IMG/VR virus record: IMGVR_UViG_3300033141_004862
Location: 3,842 to 67,841 of that record
DNA: 64,000 bases
From: a virus
Reading direction: 5' to 3' (one strand)
Below, one piece after another: positions 17,336 through 27,188 of the stretch (its first letter is position 1; every line of letters starts with the position of its first letter). A program made the position numbers and the translations under genes. The notes beneath the pieces are model-generated. The model was given only the letters and a program-made list of their open reading frames with translations. It ran no database searches and was not told the DNA's origin.

Positions 17336-20201
17336 GATGGCGATGGGCAACATCCGCACGAAGGTCGTACACTTCGACCATCCCGTCGAGGAGGAGGCGA
17401 TAAAGAGGGCGTTGACCTTCGTCGTCCCGAACTTCTGGTTTATGAAGTCGTACAGGAATCGCGTCTGGGATGGCACCTACTCGTTCTACAACCGCTATTC
17501 CCGCACCTTTCCGACGGGACTGCTGAACGTGTTTCCGAGCAAGATCAAGGACCGCCTCAAGATAACCGACTGTAGGAAGAAGCCCGAGGGACTTGAACTC
17601 GGGGAGCCAACACTACGGGGAATCGTCCTCCGAGACTATCAGATCGAGGCCATCAACGAGGCAATCAGGAAAGAACGGTGCATCATCCAGTCCCCTACAA
17701 ACGCAGGGAAGGCTCTCCCTGTGGATGCTAAGGTTTACACCCCGCACGGACCTGTGCGGATGGGCGATGTTAGGGTGGGAGACATCGTATGCACGCCCTC
17801 TGGCGGCGTAGCTACCGTAGTCGGGGTCTTTCCGCAGGGAATGGTCCCCGTCTACAGGATAACATTCAGAAACGGGGACTCCGTTGAAAGCACGGCGGAC
17901 CATTTGTGGAAAATTGGAAGCAGGGTTAACGGGGTTCGCCCCAAGGTTGTTCGACTAGCAGATATTATGGGGAATTATCTGTCTCCTTCTGGGCGACCTG
18001 TTTATCAGATTTACCCTTCTGAGTGTGTGGCTTTTCGGTTTCGTCCTGTTGATATTCCTCCGTATCTGATGGGTGTTCTGCTCGGAAACGGAAAGTTGTC
18101 TGGATCAATCGTTATTTCTAATGCTGACGAAGAGTTGTTGGGTCGTGTGAAAGAGCTCCTCCTAGCCGATTATAGGCTCAGATACGATAGGGGCTGTGAT
18201 TATCTTCTAACTAGGTCCCACGCCTCCGTTGCTCATGATTCTAGGGGACATCTCTGTGAGAACTACTACGTTGAGGCCCTTAAGAGGTATGGACTTTGGG
18301 GGAAACGAGCCGAGGAGAAGTTTGTTCCTGACGACTACAAGTACAACGACGCCCCGCACCGCATTGCGCTCCTCCAGGGATTAATGGACACGGATGGCTA
18401 TGCTCAGGGCGGGAAGAGGGGCATTGAATTCTGCTCCTGCTCTAAACGTTTGGCTATGGATGTGAAGGAGTTGGTTGAATCTCTCGGAGGAGTAGCCCGG
18501 TTCAGGTCGAAGATTCCGTCTTATCTGTATGGCGGAGAAAAGCATCTCGGTCGTAGGGCTTTTACAGTCACCATCAGCGGCGACTTGGCGCACAATCTTT
18601 TTAGCATCTCACGCAAGCGCAATAAGGTCCTGGTTGGCAATAAGCATCAGTCGAGGGTTATTACGAAAATTGAGCCTGTTGGGGAGAAGGAATGTCAGTG
18701 TCTTTACGTAGACTCTCCGGAACATATGTACGTCACTGATCATTGCGTTCCTACCCATAATACGGAGATGGGAGCGGGGATAATGAAGGTTCTGCGCCAC
18801 CTTAGAATCCTCTGGCTTATCCACAGAGGCGATCTCATGTACCAAACAAAGGAACGCCTCGAGCACAGGCTTGGAGAACCCGTAGGCGTCATCCATCGAG
18901 ACAAATTGGACATCAGACGTGTCAACGTCGCCATGGTGCAAACCTTATACAAGAGGCTGAGGTCGAAGGGAAAGCAAAAGCAGACGAAAGTGTGGCTCAA
19001 GGACTTTCTGATGAATCACGTCGACGTAATGATCCTCGATGAATGTCTGGACGGACAAACCCAAGTGGCGACGCCGAAAGGAGAGGTCGCACTCCAAACT
19101 TTGAGAGCTGGCGATGAGGTGCTCACGCCAGACGGCAAAGTGGCAAGAGTGCGAAGGATATGGAAAACGAGAAAACCAGCCTTCCTCTTTCGGGTCAAAG
19201 GACAGCACAGATATCTCATCGCATCAAAAGACCACGTTGTCAAAACTCCCGATGGCCTGAAGGAAATCGGACAGGCGAAACGACTGACGCTCGGAATCAC
19301 TGGAGTCAAACGAAAGCGAGAGAAACTCTTCCAACGAACAGTGGAACTTCGACAACCCATCCCGCTGGGTGTGCGAGACCTATACGACATCGAAATCGAC
19401 AGCCACGAACATCTCTTCGTAGCCAACGGCTTCATAGTTTCCAACTGCCACCATACAAGCTCGACAAGCTGGAGGACAATCGCCAAGTCCTGCAATGCCT
19501 TCTACAGATACGGGCTTTCCGCCACTCCGTTGATGCGAGAGGAAATCCAAAACCTGTGGCTTATCGGCATGACGGGAGAGGAAATCAAAACTGTCACGAA
19601 TCGAGATCTCATCAGACGCGGCATCTCGGCCCGTCCCCGAATTGTCAGAATCAAGAACTGGGTTAACACTGCAGGTCGAGAATACAGAGGAGCCTACAAG
19701 GTAGGCGTCGAGTTGAACGAAAAGCGAAACCAAACCATCGCAGGCTTGATGAGGTTGCACAAACGACGAAATGAGCCTATACTCGTCCTCGTCAACACAA
19801 TACGACATGGAAACGCAATCAAGGCCATCGCACCCCCGGGGACGGTCTTCCTGTCGGGACTCGAAACGAGCGAATACAGGGTGGCCGCTTTGAGGAATCT
19901 CAAACGTGGAATCATCAAGACACTGATAGCAACGCCGATTTTTGACGAGGGAATCGACGCGCCGATCGTCAGAGCTATGGTGCTAGGAGGAGCAGGAAAG
20001 TCGCACATGCGCCTACTTCAAAGAATAGGACGCGGGATGCGTCGAAAGCCCTCGGGCGAAAACGTCGTCACCATCTACGACTTCGAGGACAAGGGAGACA
20101 AGTATCTCGAAGGGCACAGCATCTACAGACTGAAGCTCTACCAAAACGAAGGATTCGACGTGATCCCGACAACGATACAATTCGAAAGGGGAAATGAATG
20201 A
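17328..20201 (+). CDS. uvsW: SF2 helicase, UvsW-like, with two inteins
   Basis: WDG, Q motif LRDYQ, PTNAGK/T, DE/CHH, GLSATP, FDEGID, QRIGRGMR. Confidence 0.88.
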   Translation: MIKMAMGNIRTKVVHFDHPVEEEAIKRALTFVVPNFWFMKSYRNRVWDGTYSFYNRYSRTFPTGLLNVFPSKIKDRLKITDCRKKPEGLELGEPTLRGIVLRDYQIEAINEAIRKERCIIQSPTNAGKALPVDAKVYTPHGPVRMGDVRVGDIVCTPSGGVATVVGVFPQGMVPVYRITFRNGDSVESTADHLWKIGSRVNGVRPKVVRLADIMGNYLSPSGRPVYQIYPSECVAFRFRPVDIPPYLMGVLLGNGKLSGSIVISNADEELLGRVKELLLADYRLRYDRGCDYLLTRSHASVAHDSRGHLCENYYVEALKRYGLWGKRAEEKFVPDDYKYNDAPHRIALLQGLMDTDGYAQGGKRGIEFCSCSKRLAMDVKELVESLGGVARFRSKIPSYLYGGEKHLGRRAFTVTISGDLAHNLFSISRKRNKVLVGNKHQSRVITKIEPVGEKECQCLYVDSPEHMYVTDHCVPTHNTEMGAGIMKVLRHLRILWLIHRGDLMYQTKERLEHRLGEPVGVIHRDKLDIRRVNVAMVQTLYKRLRSKGKQKQTKVWLKDFLMNHVDVMILDECLDGQTQVATPKGEVALQTLRAGDEVLTPDGKVARVRRIWKTRKPAFLFRVKGQHRYLIASKDHVVKTPDGLKEIGQAKRLTLGITGVKRKREKLFQRTVELRQPIPLGVRDLYDIEIDSHEHLFVANGFIVSNCHHTSSTSWRTIAKSCNAFYRYGLSATPLMREEIQNLWLIGMTGEEIKTVTNRDLIRRGISARPRIVRIKNWVNTAGREYRGAYKVGVELNEKRNQTIAGLMRLHKRRNEPILVLVNTIRHGNAIKAIAPPGTVFLSGLETSEYRVAALRNLKRGIIKTLIATPIFDEGIDAPIVRAMVLGGAGKSHMRLLQRIGRGMRRKPSGENVVTIYDFEDKGDKYLEGHSIYRLKLYQNEGFDVIPTTIQFERGNE
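17712..18761 (+). mobile_element. Class 3 intein with LAGLIDADG homing endonuclease, in helicase Walker A
   Basis: Starts with Ala (ALPVD); block B DHLW, block F CQC, block G PTHN/T; LQGLMDTDG. Confidence 0.88.
19044..19445 (+). mobile_element. Mini-intein in helicase Walker B (DECH)
   Basis: CLDGQTQV...SKDH...LYDIEI...ANGFIVSN/C; 134 aa, no endonuclease. Confidence 0.85.
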
Positions 20202-20255
20202 ACGGTTTTACACCGAACAAGGCACTAAGATTTTCAACGAAAGGAGGTGCTCTGA

Positions 20256-20669
20256 ATGTCTAAGGCGCAAGGTTTTCCACCCGGCTTCCGGCCGTTCACC
20301 CGGAAAGACAAACAAAAACTCCCGGGGCAGCACGTGAAGATGCCAACGCTCACCGTCTCAAGGGCCGGATACCTCATCCTAAACGCTCCTGCAGCGGCAC
20401 TCGTTTGGGGGAAAGAGGGAAAGAACAGGGCGTGCGCAATCGCTTACAATCCATCCACTTCTCAGTTGGCCATCAGGCCCGAACGCAAACACCTGAAGCC
20501 GCCCGATACGTACAAAGTGGTACCCACAGGTCCGTACCGGAGACATGGGACGATCGGATTCAAGACGCTATCTCGGGTATGGAACATACCCCTGAGCGGA
20601 CGTCGGTTTTCGTGTGTGTGGGATGAAGAGCGGAAGCTATTGCTCGCCGACCTCTCTAAGCCGTTGTAA
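20256..20669 (+). CDS. Hypothetical basic protein, paralog of 3088..3519
   Basis: AGGAGG RBS; similarity to 3088..3519 as noted there. Confidence 0.7.
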   Translation: MSKAQGFPPGFRPFTRKDKQKLPGQHVKMPTLTVSRAGYLILNAPAAALVWGKEGKNRACAIAYNPSTSQLAIRPERKHLKPPDTYKVVPTGPYRRHGTIGFKTLSRVWNIPLSGRRFSCVWDEERKLLLADLSKPL

Positions 20670-20699
20670 GGCGGTAGACGTCGTGCGACTTGCGAAGCC

Positions 20700-20912
20700 T
20701 CTCAATACCAACACCCATGGGTATTCTGGACCAAAACGCCGAGGAGTTGGGGATTCGCTCCAGGAATCCCCTTACTCTTATAGAGTAAGGGGATTACCTT
20801 AAAGAAAGAAAGAAAGAAAAAGAGAAGAAAGAGAAGAAAGGGAGAAGTGTTCCTTTTTCTTGTTCTCTTACATGGGTCTTCTACTTCGTAGAAGGACGCC
20901 GCTGGCGTCCGG
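20700..20912. other. Palindrome-rich non-coding region, candidate replication origin
   Basis: 14-bp perfect inverted repeat 20765-20795, competing stem 20749-20771, purine tract 20801-20847, hairpins 20878-20894 and 20894-20910. Confidence 0.5.
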
Positions 20913-20916
20913 GGAG

Positions 20917-20941
20917 ATGAAATTCTCGGCTTGGTGACAAT
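20917..20941 (+). promoter_or_regulatory. Bipartite promoter motif (ATGAA-N11-GGTGACAAT)
   Basis: Upstream of the operon containing the DnaB-like helicase. Confidence 0.75.
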
Positions 20942-20966
20942 ACTTATGACGAAGCGGGAAGGAAGA

Positions 20967-21755
20967 ATGCCTTTGAAACGGCGAGAGATGATCGAGATTC
21001 TCAGAGTCAAATCGCTTTACGAAACCAAGGTGCGTGATCTCACCGGATGGGGCCGCACGTTTTCCATTTCGGAGAGCGAAAAGGTAGGAGCCCGGAATCT
21101 CCGGTACCTCCAGCGGATTAACAGTAAGTGCAAGGCGAGGGGAATAGACGTCAGAGACTTTCTGAGCGTCATCTTCCATCAGCTCAAGTGGCCTTACGTG
21201 ACGGTCGATGGGAGAAAGCTGGCGTATCCGTACCTCTCCTTTCTCCAGAGCGACAAGACCTTTGACATCTACAGACGCAAACGCCGGGCACTCCGAACCC
21301 TGTTCGGAAACCCAGAGGTCGCCAAAGACGTTATCAAGGCCCACCATCCATCGGTGTACGACACAAGGTTTGCAAATTGCTTCTACGAGGGATTCACAAT
21401 TCTTTGGAACTACAATGAGGAGGTAGGATGGAGATTCATCAACGACCCCCTCCGTCTTTTTGAAATCTTTTTGGCTTGGAGACAGACGTTCACACCCGAA
21501 TTCTTAGCAACCCATTCCAAGTTCGAGGCCGTCCTCGACTTGAAAGATGAGGAGATCAGCGAAAGCGACAGGGAACTGAAGATTTTCCTGGTCGAGTACA
21601 CCAAACGTATCTTCAAACGTATGAACGTCTCCTTCACATATCGAAGGGCGTTGAAGAGGGCGAGGAAGTCCGTAATGGAGAGGGAGCTAAGAATGGTTGA
21701 GCAGCTTAACAAACAGAAGAGGAATTGGAGGCGGGTATGGGACCTGTTGAGTTAG
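20967..21755 (+). CDS. Hypothetical replication protein (possible initiator or helicase loader)
   Basis: Basic helical ORF lying between the origin candidate and DnaB; function inferred from position only. Confidence 0.55.
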   Translation: MPLKRREMIEILRVKSLYETKVRDLTGWGRTFSISESEKVGARNLRYLQRINSKCKARGIDVRDFLSVIFHQLKWPYVTVDGRKLAYPYLSFLQSDKTFDIYRRKRRALRTLFGNPEVAKDVIKAHHPSVYDTRFANCFYEGFTILWNYNEEVGWRFINDPLRLFEIFLAWRQTFTPEFLATHSKFEAVLDLKDEEISESDRELKIFLVEYTKRIFKRMNVSFTYRRALKRARKSVMERELRMVEQLNKQKRNWRRVWDLLS

Positions 21756-24313
21756 ATTCGATGGTCATACCATCGGATTTTCAATTGGAAGTGCTCGGGT
21801 ATCTGGTCAGGGACAAGGAAGTGTTAGCAAGGTTTGTGGAGATAGTGACGGAGTCGAATTTTGAAAACCCCGTTCATCGGGCAATCTACTCCATAGTTCG
21901 CCGTCATTTCCTGGAGTACCTCGTGCCACCGACACGAAAAACGTTGGAGCGCGAACTTGATGCGTTCCTCCGGGAGGCGGGGGGCGAACAGATTGTTCCA
22001 ACGCAAACCTTCTGGGCGGAGGTTGACAAGGTTTACAGGGTACGGATCGAGGAACGGGGCTACGTTATAGACAAGGTGACGAAGTATCTCCTTCGTCACG
22101 CGTTGGGACGACTGGGGGAGCGGGCGATCGCCGCCGCCCGTTCCGAGGATGCAGATACGAGGGCGGTCACGACAGAGATAGACTCCTTCTACACCCTTCA
22201 GTCGGGAGGCGTGGCACAGAGGATGGAGTTTCTCTTTCAAGATCTTGCCCAGCGCGTGAGAGAAAGTCCCGCGACGCACAAAATTCCAACGGGACTCAGA
22301 AACTTCGACAGAGTCCTGGGAGGCGGCCTGGATAGAGGGGAGTTGGGCATCATGTTGGCACCTACGGGATGGGGAAAATGTATGCCCGCAGGGACGCTTG
22401 TTGCAATGGCCGACGGCACCTTCAAAAGGATAGAGAAGGTAGAGAGCGGAGACAGGATCGTCTCGATCGACCCAGAGACATTCCGACAGACAATAGACAC
22501 TGTGGTCGTGTCTAAGAGTAACGGACTGAAGGAGACTTTCAGAGTGACGCTTGAAGGAGGACACGAGGTGACAGCCACGGGCAACCACCCATTTCTGACA
22601 GGAAGCGGGTTCCGACCTCTCAGAGACCTGGGGAAGGGCGAAATGGTGGGCGTTGTTGCTCGTTACGATGTACTGGAACCGTCCTCGCAACCATTGACGG
22701 ACAACGAGGTGAAGTTCCTGGCCTATTACATGGCGGAAGGCGGCTCGACGGGTACAGTTCTCAACTTCTGGTCGTCCGACGAGCGGGTGTTGGATGAATA
22801 TTGTGAGTGTGCTGAAGCGTTTCCAGACACGGAGACGGTCAGAAGGGAGGAGAAACCAGGGCTCGTCAGAGTTGCAGTTAGAAAACCAGGAAGATGGGAG
22901 CCGAGATGGAAGAGGTGTGGCGCTGCAGAATTTCTCGCCTCGCTTGGGGCTCTGGGATGGCCGTCGAAGAAGGTGCCAGACGACATTTTCAGATGTGACA
23001 GCAGACAGGTGGGGCTGTTTCTAAGTAGAGTTTTTGGGTGCGACGGATGGGTGGACGAGTCGAAAGGGACGGTTGAGATAGCGTCGGCTTCTAAGGCGTT
23101 TGCCTATCAGCTTCGGAGGCTCCTTCTTAGACTTGGTATCTACAGCAGAATTCATTTTCATGAGTCCACGCTCGGCATCAAGAGTTTTGATGCGTGGCGA
23201 CTGTCCGTGAGTGGGCGTGGCAACATCCTACGGTTTGCGGAGCGAGTGGGAATGTTTGGAAAGGAAGAAAAGCTGGAAAAGGTGAGGAAGAAAGCGGAAC
23301 AAAGGAACGAAAAGGACCATAACGATAGGTTGCCGTTCACGTGGGATACGGACAGGAGTCGAGACAGGCGGGAGGGCCACATATCGAGGTATGCTGCTAA
23401 CAGGCTCGGCTATGTTGGGCCGCACCTCAGGCGAGCAGTTGGAGCGGGGCAGGTTCGATGGGAGAAGGTGAGATCAATTGAGACGAAGGGAATGACGGAA
23501 ACGTTCAATTTGCAGACGGAGAAGTATCACACGTTTGTAGCAGAGGACATCTACGTCCACAACTCATTTTTTCTTATAACGGTGGGGTCGCACGCCGTAC
23601 AACGCAGGCACAACGTCCTCCATTTCACGCTGGAGCTGTCTCGGTCAAAGGTGATCGCACGCTATGAGTCTTTCCACACCAAGATTCCCCGCTCGAGAGT
23701 GCTCGAGACGGACGATATGCTCAGGCGAGTGGAGAATAGGTTGCGAAGGACGCAGCGGCTCGTAAGGCCTGCCGACGTCCTTGTTATCGAATATCCAACA
23801 CGAAACCTGACCGTCGACGGGATAAGGGCCGCGATAACGCAGGTTTCCCTTGTCAAGGGATTCAATCCCGACCTAGTCATCGTGGATTATGCGGACATCA
23901 TACGACCGACAAAAGAGGACAGGTTTGACACCATGTACGAGATTCAGAAGTCGATTTTCGAACGGCTTCGGGGCATCGCACAGGAGTTTCAGGTGCCGAT
24001 TTGGACAGGTTCCCAAACGACGAGAAAGGCGTTGACGAAACGCACCATAACAATCGCCGACATAGCGGAATCGTTTGGAAAGGCGCAGGTTGCGGATGTA
24101 GTCGCCGCTATCTGCGAAACCGCAGATGAGCGGATGAGGAACGAGGGGCGATTCTACCTTGACAAAGTGCGGGAGGCTCCGGGACACGTGACGATACCCA
24201 TGCGAAAACGGTTTGACATAAGTAGGTTTGAGGAAATCGAGGACGCCCATCCGCAGGAGGTTAGACCATCCGAGGTTGAGTACGAGGAGGGAGACTCGGA
24301 GGTGCCTTTTTGA
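21737..24313 (+). CDS. dnaB: Replicative SF4 DnaB-like helicase with intein
   Basis: IPTG...D.VLGGG...GEL, APTGWGK/S, FTLELS, IVDYAD, SQ, AESFGK..VAD. Confidence 0.9.
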   Translation: MGPVELDSMVIPSDFQLEVLGYLVRDKEVLARFVEIVTESNFENPVHRAIYSIVRRHFLEYLVPPTRKTLERELDAFLREAGGEQIVPTQTFWAEVDKVYRVRIEERGYVIDKVTKYLLRHALGRLGERAIAAARSEDADTRAVTTEIDSFYTLQSGGVAQRMEFLFQDLAQRVRESPATHKIPTGLRNFDRVLGGGLDRGELGIMLAPTGWGKCMPAGTLVAMADGTFKRIEKVESGDRIVSIDPETFRQTIDTVVVSKSNGLKETFRVTLEGGHEVTATGNHPFLTGSGFRPLRDLGKGEMVGVVARYDVLEPSSQPLTDNEVKFLAYYMAEGGSTGTVLNFWSSDERVLDEYCECAEAFPDTETVRREEKPGLVRVAVRKPGRWEPRWKRCGAAEFLASLGALGWPSKKVPDDIFRCDSRQVGLFLSRVFGCDGWVDESKGTVEIASASKAFAYQLRRLLLRLGIYSRIHFHESTLGIKSFDAWRLSVSGRGNILRFAERVGMFGKEEKLEKVRKKAEQRNEKDHNDRLPFTWDTDRSRDRREGHISRYAANRLGYVGPHLRRAVGAGQVRWEKVRSIETKGMTETFNLQTEKYHTFVAEDIYVHNSFFLITVGSHAVQRRHNVLHFTLELSRSKVIARYESFHTKIPRSRVLETDDMLRRVENRLRRTQRLVRPADVLVIEYPTRNLTVDGIRAAITQVSLVKGFNPDLVIVDYADIIRPTKEDRFDTMYEIQKSIFERLRGIAQEFQVPIWTGSQTTRKALTKRTITIADIAESFGKAQVADVVAAICETADERMRNEGRFYLDKVREAPGHVTIPMRKRFDISRFEEIEDAHPQEVRPSEVEYEEGDSEVPF
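22379..23563 (+). mobile_element. Intein with LAGLIDADG endonuclease in DnaB P-loop
   Basis: CMPAGT...TGNHPF...LAYYMAEG...FGCDG...YVHN/S. Confidence 0.9.
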
Positions 24314-24337
24314 TGAAACTTCTGTTTTGGTGACAAT
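24313..24337 (+). promoter_or_regulatory. Bipartite promoter motif (ATGAA-N11-GGTGACAAT)
   Basis: Upstream of the polymerase operon. Confidence 0.75.
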
Positions 24338-24373
24338 ACATAGTAAGACCAGAGAGAGATAAGGAGATTAACG

Positions 24374-24766
24374 ATGGACGAGAAGCAAGAGGAAAAAATC
24401 AAACTCTTGGCAAAGGCAGCGGGATTCATGGCGATCCCTGACGCCGATCAATTGGCATCGTTCGCTGCAGGCGTTGAGGCGGCCGTCATCGCCGTTCTCA
24501 AAATACTCGGATTCGACCTGTCGAATTGGGGGTGCGGTGAGGAAATCGAGGAGGTGCTGACAAAAGGTGCAGTCGATGTGCTGTGTCTGCTCAGACAGGC
24601 CGAGGAGATTAGGGATGCGCGGGTTAAGAGGACGTCCGCGAGGTTCCTGGCGTTTCGACACGACAGGTTGAAGGCGTTTCTGGCGGCCTACAAAGCGACA
24701 CGGGCCAAGGTTGATTTCGACCTCGACGCACTGCTCATAAAGCCGGAGAAGGGAAGAGAAAATTGA
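24374..24766 (+). CDS. Hypothetical protein
   Basis: AAGGAG RBS, 130 aa. Confidence 0.65.
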   Translation: MDEKQEEKIKLLAKAAGFMAIPDADQLASFAAGVEAAVIAVLKILGFDLSNWGCGEEIEEVLTKGAVDVLCLLRQAEEIRDARVKRTSARFLAFRHDRLKAFLAAYKATRAKVDFDLDALLIKPEKGREN

Positions 24767-27168
24767 CGGAGAGATCTGGACCCCGGCTCTTTCCGTTGGA
24801 GTCTCCTGTCGAAGGAGACTCCCCGAGAAAGAACGTCAAAGTTGGGAAGGCTAAGGGAGGCTGTGATGTCTGTCCGCTTCTTGGGAGGAGCATCGTTCGC
24901 CCAACGGGGAATCTCAAGGAGGCGAAACTTGTCATCGTTGGGCAGGCTCCCGGCTCAAGGGAAGTGCAGGAGGGCAAGCCTTTCGTCGGTCCCGCTGGCC
25001 GGAAGTTGTGGCAGGAACTCCGGGCGTTCGGCATATACCGTGAAGACTGTTACGTGACGAACATTGTCAAATGCTGGCCCGGACGTACCGGGGACGGAAC
25101 GGGCGATAAGGTTCCGGATGCAAAAACCAGAAAAAGCTGTACGAAGCAGTGGGAGTTCGAATGGGAAAGTATGGAGGGCAAGGTGATCCTGGTCCTCGGA
25201 GGTCCCGCTACGAAGCATTGCACGGGGAGGGCGCTGACGACGGTTCGGGGACAGCCCAGGGCAGACGAGAAAGGCAACAAATGGCTGGCAACGTGGCATC
25301 CGGCGTTCATCATAAGACCTCAAGGAGCCGTACATACTGGCGTATGGAGGAAAGACCTGTCGATACTCCCCGACCTCGTTCACAGAACGAGACGGAGGCA
25401 TCAGACGATAAGCTACACGCTGATAACGACGCCGGGGGGTTTGGCGGAACTCGATTACCTTTTGTCGGACGAGTGCGTCTGGTTTTCGGTGGATTTGGAG
25501 ACAACGTCGAAGCGACCGTCAGATGATGGAAGCAAAATCCTGTCGGTTGCCCTATCTAGCGGAGTCCGGACGTTCGTCGTGGACTGGGATGCGTTGGGGG
25601 CAGTTGCGGACGGGGCGTTGAAAAGGGTTCTGGAGTCGGACAAGCCGAAGGTGGCGCAGAACGCCAAGTTCGAGGTCGTTTGGCTCAGGGCGATAAAAGA
25701 TATCTGCATGAGGAACATCGTTTTCGACCCATCCATAGCGCAGTACCTCCTCGATGAAGGTACGGGGACGAGCGTTAGGTTGAAGCAGTTGGTTTGGAAA
25801 TATCTCCCTGAATTTGGAGGCTACGAGGAAGAGATCGACGTCGAGAACATGGAGGAAATGCCGAAGGACAAGCTCTACGAGTACAATGCCCTCGACGCTT
25901 ACGTAACGACGAAGATTTCCGAGATTCTCCTCCCGAAGGTTCTTGACGAGGGATTCGGACCTCTGCTGTCTGACGTTTACCTGCCAGCCATCTATCCGAT
26001 TGCCGAAATGGAGGCCGAAGGTTTCCAAATCGACATTGATGAACTCCACGCCCGAAAGCGCCAGCTCGAACGCCGCCTGACCGATCTGCATGACGAGATC
26101 ATGGGCTTGCCGAGCGTACGACGCGTGCCGGACTTTCGGCTAACGTCCACGCCCAGCCTTCGCAAGTTGTTTTACGGTGTGCTGGGCATGAGGCCGACTA
26201 TCAGATCGAAAACGGGCGTTGCGTCGTTGACGAAGGACATGCTCGAAACGTGGGCGCAACGTGGGGTGCGGGAGGCACAGAAAATTCTGGACTACAAGCG
26301 GACTCGGAAAGTCCTCAAGACGTACTACGAGAACTACGAGAAGCTGGTTGACAGCAATTTCAGGTTGCACCCGGTTTACAACATGATGATTGCCAAGGGC
26401 GGGAGAATCGCAGCGGGCAGCCCGAACATTATGAATGTTCCAAAGCCGGAGAGGGCGATATTCGTGTCGCGGTTTGCCGACGGATGCCTTGTGCAGATGG
26501 ATTTCAAGCAGATAGAGATGCGCGTCATGGCGTTCGAATCGCGCGACCCCGGGCTTCTCAAAATCTTTCGTGAAGGAGGCGACCCTCACGCCGAAGTTGC
26601 GGCAGAGATTTTGGGCAAACGGGTTGAGGACGTGACGCCGCTGGAGAGACAGCACGCCAAAGCTATCAATTTCGGACTGTTCTACGGGATGCAGGCGAAG
26701 ACATTGGCGGACCGAGAGAAGATGCCTTTGGATCAGGCGACAAGGTTTTGGGACGGCTTTTTCGCTAGATTCCCGAAGGTGAGAGAGTGGCAGGAACGTC
26801 AACGAGAGAAGATGATGACGGACCAGAAGGTCGTCTCCCTGTTTGGTTTTCGGCGGGATTTGTCAACGTACATGGGCGAGGACAAGGTGAAGCGAGCCTA
26901 CAATACCCCGATTCAGAGCGCAGCCGCCCATATCAATCTGTTCTCCCTCGGCTCGATTTGGGAGATGATGAAGAGGGAGAAGTTGAAGGCTGTGATGGTG
27001 GCGACAATTCACGATTCGTTGGTTGTCGACTGTCCCGAGAGCGAACTTTTGGCGGTGCAACGGATAATGAACACCGTAGTGGATTCGTTGCCGGAACATT
27101 TTCGTTGGATGATTGCTCCGATGGCAATAGATATAACGGTCGGCGCAAATTGGAGGGACGCAAGTTGA
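24763..27168 (+). CDS. polA: Family A DNA polymerase with N-terminal uracil-DNA glycosylase (family 4-like) domain and 3'-5' exonuclease
   Basis: UDG: CDVCPL, GQAPG, GKPFVGPAG, TNIVKC, TWHPA. Exo: DLETT, NAKFE, YNALD. Pol: DFKQIEMR, RQHAKAINFGLFYG, IHDS. Confidence 0.92.
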   Translation: MTERSGPRLFPLESPVEGDSPRKNVKVGKAKGGCDVCPLLGRSIVRPTGNLKEAKLVIVGQAPGSREVQEGKPFVGPAGRKLWQELRAFGIYREDCYVTNIVKCWPGRTGDGTGDKVPDAKTRKSCTKQWEFEWESMEGKVILVLGGPATKHCTGRALTTVRGQPRADEKGNKWLATWHPAFIIRPQGAVHTGVWRKDLSILPDLVHRTRRRHQTISYTLITTPGGLAELDYLLSDECVWFSVDLETTSKRPSDDGSKILSVALSSGVRTFVVDWDALGAVADGALKRVLESDKPKVAQNAKFEVVWLRAIKDICMRNIVFDPSIAQYLLDEGTGTSVRLKQLVWKYLPEFGGYEEEIDVENMEEMPKDKLYEYNALDAYVTTKISEILLPKVLDEGFGPLLSDVYLPAIYPIAEMEAEGFQIDIDELHARKRQLERRLTDLHDEIMGLPSVRRVPDFRLTSTPSLRKLFYGVLGMRPTIRSKTGVASLTKDMLETWAQRGVREAQKILDYKRTRKVLKTYYENYEKLVDSNFRLHPVYNMMIAKGGRIAAGSPNIMNVPKPERAIFVSRFADGCLVQMDFKQIEMRVMAFESRDPGLLKIFREGGDPHAEVAAEILGKRVEDVTPLERQHAKAINFGLFYGMQAKTLADREKMPLDQATRFWDGFFARFPKVREWQERQREKMMTDQKVVSLFGFRRDLSTYMGEDKVKRAYNTPIQSAAAHINLFSLGSIWEMMKREKLKAVMVATIHDSLVVDCPESELLAVQRIMNTVVDSLPEHFRWMIAPMAIDITVGANWRDAS

Positions 27169-27188
27169 GCGACGCCGGGGAGAGGGAG

